Of a stretch of DNA of 64,000 bases, positions 52,401 to 64,000 are shown piece by piece; the stretch's first letter is position 1, and each line of letters starts with the position of its first letter. The notes beneath the pieces were generated by a model. The model saw nothing but the letters and a program-made list of their open reading frames with translations. It was not told where the DNA came from and made no database searches. A program made the position numbers and the translations under genes. Source of the DNA: Perna viridis (taxonomy: Eukaryota); assembly GCA_037379345.1 (NCBI GenBank), contig CM074511.1, positions 61,200,862 through 61,264,861 on the forward strand, given 5' to 3'.

Positions 52401-54046
52401 AAATGATCCATATTATAAGGCCTGCAAAAGATATACAAGTAAAATTGTTTCAGGGGCCAGTCGAAGGCAGACTCCGGGTTTGAGTATTTTTGAACTGTTC
52501 ATTTAAAGCCTATGAATTTTTGCAGTCTGGTTGGATTGTTATACCTTTTACACAATCGTTGTTTCCACTTCCCTCTCTTTTTTCTTTCACAAATCAATCC
52601 TGGCATCTTTTAACAAACAAGTACTTACAGCTGGTACAATTGATGAACTATAAATTATCTTTGCTACCATAGTCAAACTATAGGTGTAACTATGTGTAAG
52701 AAGTGTGTTTATGTATAAATGCACCACCAATGCAACAATAATGACGAGGTCCATTAACCCATCTTGTGACCATTAACCCACCATGTGACCATTAACCCAT
52801 CATGTGAAGATGAATTAATACTGGGTGGTGTAGGAAATGGAAACTTAATATATGGTGTGGATACAGACAGTATACCGATACAATTTTGAACACAAAATGG
52901 TCGTGATTTTTTTCTTACAGAAAGTATTCGTCATTGATATACACTGAAGCTACCGTTAGATTGACAAATACTACAAATTAACTTCATTGATAAATTGAGA
53001 CGGTCGTTATCCTCCTTAAAGATCCAATACGTTGATCCCGTTTTAGGGTTTCTTAACTTGTATTTTTCAATGCGTACATGTCTAATACAGACATCTGGAA
53101 ATATCAGCAGGTAATGTCTATTGCTTTGATAGTTTTATTTTTAAATTATTTTTACCGTTTTCTTTTCCATGAATTGCATGAAAATTACCCATTGAAAATA
53201 TACAATTCTAAAGACGATACTGTCGTCGTAAAATAAATCCATGTTTCAACAAGAATACAAATTCTTTTAGCTTTCTTAAGTTACATTCAATAGATGTAGT
53301 CATTAGAATATATTATGTCTGCCACAATATAACTCCCACAGTTCACACTTTGTTTTAAAGGTCAACTGTTTAACAAATAGAAATGTATAATTACTCTGTC
53401 ATGAGAAACAATAGAGAGAATCGAAAATAGAGAAAATTGATCCATGCCTTTCATACAGGTATAAATTATATTAAATGTTCGAGCAGGTTGTATACAATAT
53501 ATACGTGAAGTGATTGCACCTTACAAAATACGAAGTAGCTTTTCAACTCCGAATAAATAGGACCCACCGTTTAATTGAGGATTTCATATCGCTCTTAGAT
53601 ACGATAAGGATATCAATATTACATATTCAATGTACATATTGGTCTCAAAAGGAACTATTCGATGGCAAAGATTGTTTGCGAATGATATCTAAATCAATCA
53701 AAAATTTAATCCTCTATTAAGACAAGGACAAACACTGCCTTTTCCACGACATCTGTGTATCTAGCAGTTGACAGGACCTAATTTTTTTCTACTTTTACAA
53801 GCTGTCAAGAGTATTTGCTTTCTGTGGATAACACTGATCTGCATTAAGAAAGACGCGATTACCCGTAGCATTGAAAAGAACTCTTTGAAACATAAGATTT
53901 TAGTGATAGTAAATTCTCTTTGAAAGTCTGTGATCTGTGAAAAGATCCTTTTGTTTGTACATTTGTAAAAGGGGCGCTAATGTGTATATAAATATTTCTA
54001 AGTATATTTGCACGGATTTAAGATCATTGGATAGATATTCACCATC

Positions 54047-54139
54047 ATGGCATGGGTTTGGCCTACGGATCAACTTCCATCCGAGAAGAAAACATGGAAA
54101 AGGCCCTCATCTATAACAAACCAACCAAAAAGACCTCAA
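54047..54139 (+). CDS. First coding exon of an orphan multi-exon gene (MAWVWPTDQLPSEKKTWKRPSSITNQPKRPQ)
   Basis: atcATGG context with an upstream in-frame TAG; CAA|gtatgt donor, phase 0. Confidence 0.65.
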
Positions 54140-57100
54140 GTATGTAAATTTACTTTACTCTTACAGATGATAATCTTTATCTTCAATTCCTTAAAATTTA
54201 AAATCTGGTAGTGCCTTAAATGGGTTCCTTAAACAATTTACTTATCGAACATTCTTAACCTTATCTAGAAATTTGTAGACAAGAAGAACTGTATTGCATG
54301 TTAAATCGGATAGGGGTAAAAAATCACATTAACTTGGAGAAGTCAGGGGATGCAAAACATTCGTAATCACATAAACAATGTATAATATCTTATTAAATTG
54401 TTTGGTTTGCCATATAAGAAGTCCAGATAATCATTGCGTTCGCAGCCTCCCGGACGGCATAATTATTTGGACTATCCCGAAATATGCCCGATACATAAAA
54501 TGTAGTCATCATTTTCATATTGAAGTGCGTAAATTTCTCTCCTTAAACTGATACTGTTCAAGTTTGTATGTTTAAAGTATGACATTGAAAATGCCAATGT
54601 CATAAAATAAATTTCTTTCCATTACAAGTTTTAAGCCCCAACAAAGTTTTGTCAAGACTTTAGTTTTCTTTATTTCATATTGGCTATTTATCTTTCTCAT
54701 CGGTATTTGTCTAAGTACGCAACACAATTCGACGGATTTGGCGAGGCTTAAACTAATAAAATTGAAATTTCTCTTTTCAATAAAACAAGATTTACGCCTT
54801 GGTATTTTGAACCTTTTGAGTACAGTCGCATAATAACGACCAATATTTTATTACTATTACACGAATGCAAAAGGTAATATTGAACCCTTCCGAATATTCT
54901 AATGTTGATTCTCAACTTTCCATTGATAAGAACTCTGGTTTATTTTCAACCAAATCTCAATAAAGTTGTATATCTAAGTTTTTAAGACTATATCAGTTGT
55001 GTGGATAAAGATTGGTGAAGTGCAGAGACCTATACTGCTAACTAAATCAAAGCACGTTCCTCTGCGTATCTATGTTTCATTTTTTTTTACTTCCGGTTAG
55101 TGTCTTGATATACTAGAAGACTGGAATTTGGCATATCCCTCATTGATAAAGAATTTATAGGCATCTTCTTTTGCCATTGAATTTTTGTGAGAGATTTCTT
55201 TTGAGGGAAGACAAAAACATGCACCAGTTAACTTGCTAATGTAAATTATTTTATATCTTCTAGTCTGAAGCATGCTTCTAAGAGTAAATCATAATTTCGT
55301 GTATGAAGTGGTCTATCACTTATCTCCCGCTCAAGAAACGTATTCAGTAGTTGTTGAATGGATAGGTTTATGATTGTATATTACCTTTAGACTTAGTTGG
55401 TGTTCGTGTGTTCCGTCGACTCTGAAGTCTTTCTTACTGTGAATCGTGAATGATAAACAAAGTTTTTTTCTGTTGCAACACTTTTTTTTATGTTAGTAGG
55501 CGCCTTGGAATACTGCAATATGTACTCCCTGTCTTAAATTTCCTACTTTACGTTTTTCTTCATAACTTTGTTTTCTTTCACTTCATTGGTATTTTAATTG
55601 AAAGAACAGGTAGACTTGCACTTTTAATTGGTTTTGAAACAGGAAGGCGGCAAGAGAGATTGGAAATTGTTTCCAGGTAGCAAAATTCAAAGTGCAAACT
55701 TTTATTTGAAGATGAAAATCAATAAGGAATACTTCAGTCCAGAATGTGAAAGAAAGCAGAATTGCTTGAAGATCATAAACGAATATTTGTAAAATCTAAT
55801 TACATTGTATGTAAGCTAATTCACAATCAACACATCACTCGTTTGATTGAAAGCAAATATAAAAACTTCATCATCAGCTTTATGATTGTTACTCCTGATC
55901 TCAATTTTATGTACACACGGTGCTTAACACATGTATGTTCCTTGGTGTTAGGTGGATTAAAAACAATATCCACCATTTGACCCACTAAATCGTGCTTCTT
56001 AAAGTTAAGTTTAACTTTAAACATTCCGACTTCTATAGTTTACTCTCAACAGTGCTGTTACAAGTATGTATACAATAGTCTACAATATTAATAATTAAAG
56101 TATGTGCATTATGACAATGCAAAAGTATAAAATGATATCCCCGAAACGTAAGGTTAAACAAGCACACAAATTTTGCTTAGTTACTGTGTATAGTATAGCT
56201 AAAGAACTGTATTCTTAATTCTAATTAGTTAAATATATATACATAACATTCTCTGTTTTGAGTTGTAATTTTACACCGAAATAAACATTTATTGATGTTG
56301 TTAGATTGTTTGATTTGTTATTTTCAACAAAGAGCACCAACAGTATACTGACATTGAACACGCTTTTTATTGTCCACAATTAAATGCCAAATACCCTTTA
56401 TTTGTTCTCTGACATAGAGTATAACAAATCGAAGATGATATCCTTTGTATACATTCTGTTCATTAAAAATTATCATCGAGAAATATAAACAGGAGTTAAT
56501 GCATTAAGTAAAGGGCCCACATTATAGTTCTGTGAGTACCTGTTTACTGCTTACATGCCAATTATGTCAAATAAAGTGCTCAATACTGAATATGGTGAGA
56601 CATCTTCTCTGGATAAGAAGAACATGACAAGCAAAAACAAAGTAAGTATGCGCAGATTATTTGTTTACTCAAGCTTGGAAATTTTCGTAGGTTTGCAGAA
56701 TTTTTTTGTACAAAATTCACTAGAAATTTTAAAAGCAACCAACCTAAAGTCCGTGTATAAATGTCAAGTCATCAATTACCCACACATTCCGGCACAATAT
56801 GACCAAACTTCACTAATGTGCTATTTTTTAATTAAGGATGGAAGATGCATGTTGATAGTGCATTGAGAATGATGTCTATAAGCTTATCTCGCTATAGATT
56901 TTGGTTCTATATCCTTGTTCTTTAAGTGGTATTTATAAATTTGTCGTTTTTAATCATGAAGTCAAAACTCGTCTTAAATGAATTCCTCTGTAGAACTCTA
57001 TGTATTCAAATTAAAACATTTCTTCCGAACATTTTTTTAATGTTACGTAAAATTTGTAAGCACTAACTGATTGAGGTCAAGATCACTTTATATCTGTTAA

Positions 57101-57610
57101 ACACATTATGTATAAAGGAATCTAATTAGTAGAGAAAACTGTCTCTTGAAATGTTTGTAAATGTATGTCTATAAGTAGTTCGTAGGTAGTCTTTCTTTCA
57201 GTAAATCGGTATTTGATCGTTCGTTGCTAAGCATGGTTTTGTCATATATCAAATAAAATGCTTGTTTAGTAAATATTTACCAGAGGACTTATTCTAACGA
57301 TAAATCGTTATGCAGGCGTTTATTGTAAACACATTACCTATGGAAATGATCGTTCTGATGGTCTGGTCGAGTGTTTGAGATAGGTTTAGTTCTGGTATGT
57401 TTGCTCACGCTTCCATCTGACCTAGTTACTGGTCTTACTCAAAACATTGGTCCAAGTTTCAAATATTATTCTGGACCTTCTTTGTGGTTATTTTGAAGGT
57501 TTGTTTTAAGTTTTAATGTTCCGATATGAAAATTCTCATGACAATGTTTACATTTTGTTATGACCACTAAGGAATAATTGTTATATTCAAATTTTTATAC
57601 TGTTTCCCCG

Positions 57611-58062
57611 AAAGGCGACTAAATAGTGCTCAGAAACCTAGCCGGGGGCTAGGCGCTAGAGCAGATTGGTTGTGTACCCCGGGTGGTGGAATGGTGTACC
57701 CCTGGCGTGTTACATGTTTGGGTTGTCAGGTTGTAGTACGGAAGGCTTGACCGCAGACCATAGTGGTGCACCGTGTCGGGAAAGATGCCACGTTCCTTGC
57801 ACGTTAAAGAACCCTGCTGTGGTATTCGATAGGAGTAGGAACCTTTGCGCTCCGCCACAGGATGCTTAATTAACCGACCTTGCCCATCCCTCCCTTTTTC
57901 TAGTGGCAATCTAAATTTGTCGACCCTGTTGTCCTTGTGTCACATCCCCTTTTCATATCATCGTCATTTCATGTTGATTTAATCATTATTTTCATGTTCA
58001 TCGCCTGAATATAGCTGAAATATTGCTGCTCGGGCGTTCAACCCCAATAATCAATCAATCAA
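57611..58062 (+). mobile_element. SINE, second (5'-truncated) copy of the 24869-25382 family
   Basis: aaaggcgactaa...cctagcc...gcacgttaaagaaccc...gaatatagctgaaatattgctgctcgggcgttcaaccccaataatcaatcaatc; colinear with the first copy. Confidence 0.9.
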
Positions 58063-58123
58063 CGACCAATATGTCAAAAACATCCATTAAAAGTTATTAT
58101 ATTCAAACCGTTTCTAACTAAAC

Positions 58124-58670
58124 TCTTATTTACAATGATAACCTGTTGAAACCAAACTTTGTCTCTTATTACAATAATACCCTATTTTAACCAAACATTG
58201 TCTCTTATGACAATGATAACCTGTTGAAACCAAACCTTGAATCTTATTACAATGATACCCTGTTTTAACCAAACATTGGCTCTTATTACAATGATAACTT
58301 GTTGAAACCAAACGTTGTCTCTTATTACAATGATAACCTGTTGAAAACAAACCGTGTCTCTTATTACAATGATAACCTGTTGAAACCAAACCTTGTCTCT
58401 TATTACAATGATAACCTGTTGAAAACAAACCGTGTCTCTTATTACAATGATAACTTGTTGAAACCAAACCTTGTCTCTTATTACAATGATAACCTGTTGA
58501 AACCAAACCGTGTCTCTTATTACAATGATAACCTGTTGAAACCAAACCTTGTGTCTCTTATTACAATGATAACCTGTTGAAACCAAACTTTGAATCTTAT
58601 TACAATGATAATCTGTTGAAACCAAACTTTGAATCTTAGTACAATGATAACCTGTTGAAACCAAACCTTG
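58124..58670. repeat. Minisatellite, 39-bp unit, ~14 copies
   Basis: tcttattacaatgataacctgttgaaaccaaaccttgtc repeated; explains the four overlapping repetitive ORFs in the track. Confidence 0.97.
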
Positions 58671-60339
58671 ACTATCTTTGAAACCTGTCTTATGGTATCT
58701 TTGATTAAGATTATACTTGAATCCATATTGAACCGAATAATGGAATCATATCCAAATTAAACTCTAGTTATACTGAAAGCATGTACATTAGTAACTCGAT
58801 TTATACTGAAAGCTTGTTACATTTAAACAAGATTTATTGAATCGCAATTAAAACTGAAACCTGTCAATATAAAGGAGACACAATATACCGTCTTAACCGA
58901 AGACTGTGGTGGACAACCATAATATTAGTTCGACTTCAGTTTTTTGTGCGTTTTGAGCTATATATGCTCGATGAAATAATTTTCAGGTAGAAACCTTTAA
59001 CCACTTCCTTCAACAGGATAAAGCAAAGTGAGGTCTTCCAAGGTCTTTCAAGGGTCTATACGAATTCTAAACATCTTCTATGAAGCACAAGCTGCTAACA
59101 TTTACCATGTAACGATGCTGTCATTGTATCTAAATTTGAAATTATATGATCTTTATCTTACTTCCTTAGTGCTTTCTGATTATGCATATGTTGTAGAAAT
59201 CCTTGTTTTAATTTGCTTTATTCATGTGAAGTTCATGTGCAGATTATTCTTTTAAAGAAAGCCTACTTTCTTAATTTATTTTTTATCGCAATATCTGAGT
59301 ACTCAAGGTTTTTTACATATTACAGCAGAAAACTGTCTTATTCATATTAACTTCATGTTTCAACTACATGAATTATTTTGATCCTCATAAAGTCTGACTA
59401 CTCTCCGATATACGATTGAAGTTACTTTTCTCTGTAAAGCCAATTATCAATAATCTTTTGTAAACAATCTTGCCATATCTAACATAAAAAAAACCCATTT
59501 TTATCCATAGTACAAAAGATGTCATCATGGTGTAGAATCTGACGTCTCCAAAATTTAACTGTAATTCAACCATTAATAACAATCTCATTATAATGAAATT
59601 CTAAATATAAGTCATATTTATAAAAAAAAAAATCAATGTCATGTCAACAATAAATTCTATTTTTATATGTAGGTATTAATGGGTTAATTTTATGAAATTA
59701 ATCTTTAAAGGTATGTAAATTGAACAGGTTACAATTGGATTTAAATCAAGGCGCATTTAAAATATTTATTCCAGTATTGTACAGTATGATATGGATCAAC
59801 AATATCTCTACTGGCAACTACTGAATAACTACCATGTTTAAAACCTCGACCTTTACCGTTAAAATTTGGAGGAAATCCAAACCTGAGCTTTACTTCACCG
59901 AAAAAGACTGTTTGCAAATATTTGGTTTGTTGTGAAAATTATTGCACCATCGATGTATATACTTTTAGTTTCGATGAGATATTCGTCTGTACATGTAAAA
60001 GGCAACTATACTGAATAAAGTATATGACACTACATTAAATAATGATTTAAGATAGTTGTATAACCTTAGACGACTTCCTTATCGTCCATTCATTTCTTTC
60101 CCCTCTCTCTCTCTTTATTCCCTATACCCATTTACTTCAACCTAAATACAAATGAAGTATCTTAATATTTAAAACATTAAAACAGATAACATTCACTATA
60201 TAAGACTTTGTTTGATATTCTTGTCTGACAAAATCCTACCACAATACTGATGCATCCTTACTTTACGGTAAGTGCGATCTTAGTAATGATCTTAAAATAT
60301 TGAAAATGTATTGAAAAACTTTTACTTCTTTTTTTTCAG

Positions 60340-60479
60340 AGTGAGCGTATGGAATATGACTTCAGTAAGGCACCAAACTACAATGTCAATATTACCTCGC
60401 CATTTGGTACAAACTTCACACCGGAAATGGAATGGAAGCTTGTTTCCAGTCACTGGAAACCTCATATTACAAAATTACG
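60340..60479 (+). CDS. Internal exon of the orphan gene (SERMEYDFSKAPNYNVNITSPFGTNFTPEMEWKLVSSHWKPHITKL-R)
   Basis: Strong cttcttttttttcAG acceptor and CG|gtaagt donor; phase 0 to 2. Confidence 0.85.
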
Positions 60480-61214
60480 GTAAGTCTCGTTTGCCAAGTA
60501 AACTCTAATAAAAGTACAAATATATAAACGAAGCGAAAAACCAAGACATTACAGACAAAAGGTAGCCGAGTGATCTCAACATTTAAGACCGCAGATTGTG
60601 ATAAAAGTGGAGAGTCCTGATTTCAGTTTGAAATCTGCAATTTTCTTCTACTATACTCGTATTACTAGTCAAGCGATTGTAGCGGGAAAATGTTTAAATG
60701 AAGTGGCTTTGCGGCTGGTATGACTTGCATAGTACCAAAAAATATGTGCTATATACTCCCGCCATACCGTGATTTTGGTATTACAACTCTGAATTGTACA
60801 GTGTATGTGATCTTGTATTTGTGGGGCAGAATAATGTTAAAATTAGTCGATTGAACAATGACTAATTCCTAATTGATTTCCATATCCGTTGTTTACGTGT
60901 TTTGATATGTTTAGTAAACAAACCTGTAAAAAACTGGTATCCTTAATTCCGTTCAAATTTGAGCATATTTTGTTATTTACTTTAATACCTAAATAAACAG
61001 AGTGATTGCAAATTTTCATTCACCTTCGTTGTTGAGGTAGTACAGATTTCCAGTTTTATCCAGTATAGATTGAAAATTTAAAATATCCTTGCATTTTAAA
61101 ATAGTTCTTTACCTTTTTAATCTCTGGAGTTTTATGCTAAGCCTCTTTAACTACTATATTGAACAAATACTGCCAAAGGTCAAGTCAATTTACTTAGTTT
61201 GTCGTGTGATTTAG

Positions 61215-61350
61215 AGCCAACGGTACAGAAAACCCACCAGAGTCATATGGGCCTCGTGTGCCTCCTGTACAATCCATAGCAGAAAACCCAACCAAAGTAG
61301 ATCCTCGACTTCTAGCAGAGGGAACAAAAGGATATTATAGCGCTCAAAGA
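61215..61350 (+). CDS. Internal exon of the orphan gene (ANGTENPPESYGPRVPPVQSIAENPTKVDPRLLAEGTKGYYSAQR)
   Basis: gatttAG acceptor and AGA|gtaagt donor; phase 2 to 0, matching the preceding exon. The alternative phase hits a TAG. Confidence 0.85.
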
Positions 61351-62670
61351 GTAAGTATAAAATGAGTCTTGTTAGTCTATGAGTAACATGAATACGATAT
61401 ATGGAGTGAGTTTCTTGGAAATTAAAGTCATGGTTTACCTTTGTTTGGTTTATAATAGTATGAATTCCATCATCTAATATCCTATCAAAGGATAATTATA
61501 TTGATATTTTTTTTTTCAAATGTTTTAAGGAATAATAGTATGAAAGCATGAACATTCATGGATGTAAATAACTTATAGTTAAATCATGTGAAGAAGGTCC
61601 AACCAAATTTTATTTCGAAAATTATACTAAATGCAAGGCCCGAATTACTCCAAACGTTGACATAGTTAGCTTCCGTTTTACTTAACAACAAACATCGATT
61701 CACGATTAATCTGGATCATCTTTGTCACTGACTTTTCCCTATCTATTACTCATTTTATATTTCATTAGCCATCATCGAATAACATAGAATACGGAGAGGT
61801 ATGAAAACGATTTGTCTAGTATAGTGCACTTTCTCTTAGTCATACACACTGTTGAATTCCTGTATGCTTTTGGATTTTGAGTGATTTTTTTCTTAAATGC
61901 AAATTTGCCACATTATGAACAAAAAACAAATGATATCCAAAAAGATATAGATAATTTTGAATTAATTGGTGTTCTGTAGCAAATAATACAATGATGGCAG
62001 ATTTGCTGCGATAAACGGTGATCGTTTGTAGTCATTTGTAATTTTAATGCATATTCATTCATCATATCATATAATTGCAGTCATATGTGATCAACATGAT
62101 TTATACATTCACACTATTTCACAATATTATACATATCAGAGACAGAAGGCTCTGCAGTTTTTTAGACAAAATGTGGTATGTATAAAAGACATTAAAATTG
62201 CATGAAATACCTGTAACGTGACTAAGTTTCAAATTTTCATTTCCAAAAAGCATGTATGCTCATTTCAAAATTTCTAACGAAATTAGATTTATTTTATTAA
62301 TGATGTAGACTATGTATAGACTATTTGTTTACTAGTATATTAACGAATGAATATCGCATTTTTATTTGTTAAAACCTTGATCTTGTTTTCATATTCAAGT
62401 CTCCATAAAATCGTTTACTGCATAATTTTGAATGTTTTATATAGAAGTCACTTCGGCATCTACTTCTAATACTGTACTACTGGCCTGGATTACCTAGGAC
62501 AAATATAGGTTACAAAGGCGATGACTAGCTGTCTATCGTTGCGATAAAGTGTTACTGTTGGTTGTTAAGGGACTTCCCTTCTCCTGCGTTTTGATATTCT
62601 GTTTTTATTTTTCATTAGCTATAGAAAGATGACATCATTTGCATTCATTATGCTATAAATGGTCTAGCGT

Positions 62671-62912
62671 TCTTCTGAGGACCTTGTTTGGTAGTATAGG
62701 TCTTCTGAGGACCTTTCTTTGGTATTATAGGTCTTCTGAGGACCTTATTTGGTATTATAGGTCTTCTGAGGACATTGTTTGGTATTATAGGTCTTCTGAG
62801 GACCTTTGTTTGGTAGTATAGGTCTTCTGAGGACCTTGTTTGGTATTATAGGTCTTCTGATGACCTTTTTTGGTATTATAGGTCTTCTGAGAACCTTTTT
62901 TGGTATTATAGG
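62671..62912. repeat. Minisatellite, 30-bp unit, ~8 copies
   Basis: ggtcttctgaggaccttgtttggtattata repeated. Confidence 0.95.
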
Positions 62913-63876
62913 TTTTTTTTTGTTCTACAACACTGTTAATCATTTGAATAAACATATATTGGTTCTAGAATTTTGTACAGTACCGGACATGATTGGTAGA
63001 TGTTTCTGTGAAGGCAAATGACGTTTATCATCCACTTGATAAGGGTTCTTTTTGAATTATTTTGTTTGCACCCGGAATTCCCTTTTACATCTAGTTCCGT
63101 GTTTGGTTTCTTAGTTTATTTAAGTTGTTTATCTATTCTTTTCTCCGTTCCTTTTTTATTTTTGTGTTATGAACATCAGACTTGCTGTGGTTTCCTTTAA
63201 TCCATGTAATTTTCCCCTAAAGCTGACAATTGGTCTTGTAAATAATGTATGTTCGAAGTAAGGTGGTCTATTAATGTTGTCGCCCGTGTGTGTTTGTATT
63301 TCAGATTAACTGCATGATAATTCCGCATTCAAAGGAATTTAAAACGGTGTGTTATTTGATATTATCTTCTAATCTGGAACGAAACTTAAAATAACAGTTT
63401 TAACTTTCTTTAAAATCCTAATGTTTCTATTTACATTCATTGTTTTTTCATGGACCATTGACTTTTAAAAATTTACTGTTACGAACCTGGTTTTCAAATT
63501 AAAAACTATATCTGAGTAAATAAGAGAAGGGGAATTAGTTAGTCGCTTTTCGATTATAAAAAAATATTAATTCTGTAAAAACTTTAGTTAGAACTATAAA
63601 TCCTTTCCCCAGTAGTTAATACAATTAAGTACCTTTTTCGCAGTTATAACACACTCGTTATTTGTCCCATTTTTCAAAACTCCCAAAGGGAGCCTCTATA
63701 ACGGTACCTGCTTTCTTGACACCGACAATCTGTTTTCTTTAGAGACTATATCGGCCATTACAGTTCTCTGTGAGTAATAAAATATTTTCCACTATTTATT
63801 TTCTATCTTCTAATTTTAAAAAAACAACATTTTTTAATAACATGTATATTGCACTTTCTGTCTTTATTCTTTACAG

Positions 63877-64000
63877 ACAGTGTTTAACAAAAGAAGAAGA
63901 AACAAAAGTGATTTTATTTTTCTTGTTTGTGTATTAGTAACATTTAGTGTTATACCAATAGATTTTACGGTACTATACTACACTGTTATTCATATTGGAA
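63877..64000 (+). CDS. Candidate next exon of the orphan gene, boundaries ambiguous
   Basis: Strong acceptor tctttattctttacAG (63876). Phase 0 reads TVFNKRRRNKSDFIFLVCVLVTFSVIPIDF... open to the window end. A second AG at 63880 gives a 27-nt exon CLTKEEETK|gtgatt. Confidence 0.45.

Noticed and set aside
58126-58726. Repetitive ORFs (VSTGYHCNKRQGL)n and (WFQQVIIVIRD)n resembling metal-binding repeat proteins
   Set aside because: By-product of a 39-bp minisatellite open in several frames on both strands, with a frameshifting unit; it lies in an intron of the orphan gene.

Overview
Strongly AT-rich, intron- and repeat-rich eukaryotic DNA, very likely from a bivalve mollusc (judged from the opine dehydrogenase and the repeat families). 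Most ORF-track entries are spurious. Genes supported by manual reading: (1) an octopine/tauropine-type opine dehydrogenase on the minus strand, running off the left edge and absent from the ORF track; (2) a single-exon 201-aa single-pass membrane protein with KCNE/MinK-like architecture; (3) a 90-aa ORF with a duplicated RYHHWPxRxxY motif, head-to-head with a putative spliced minus-strand transcript; (4) a putative 3-exon 72-aa microprotein (MPRKGRRRGSIH...); (5) a phase-consistent multi-exon orphan gene (MAWVWPTDQ...) running off the right edge. Repeats include three decayed Penelope-like (Naiad-type) retroelements with pseudo-LTRs, two copies of a highly structured Meta/Deu-type SINE, nested TIR DNA transposons, a Helentron-type non-autonomous element and several minisatellites. 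No rRNA, tRNA or CRISPR array was seen. Family names and reference motifs are recalled from memory, not from database searches.
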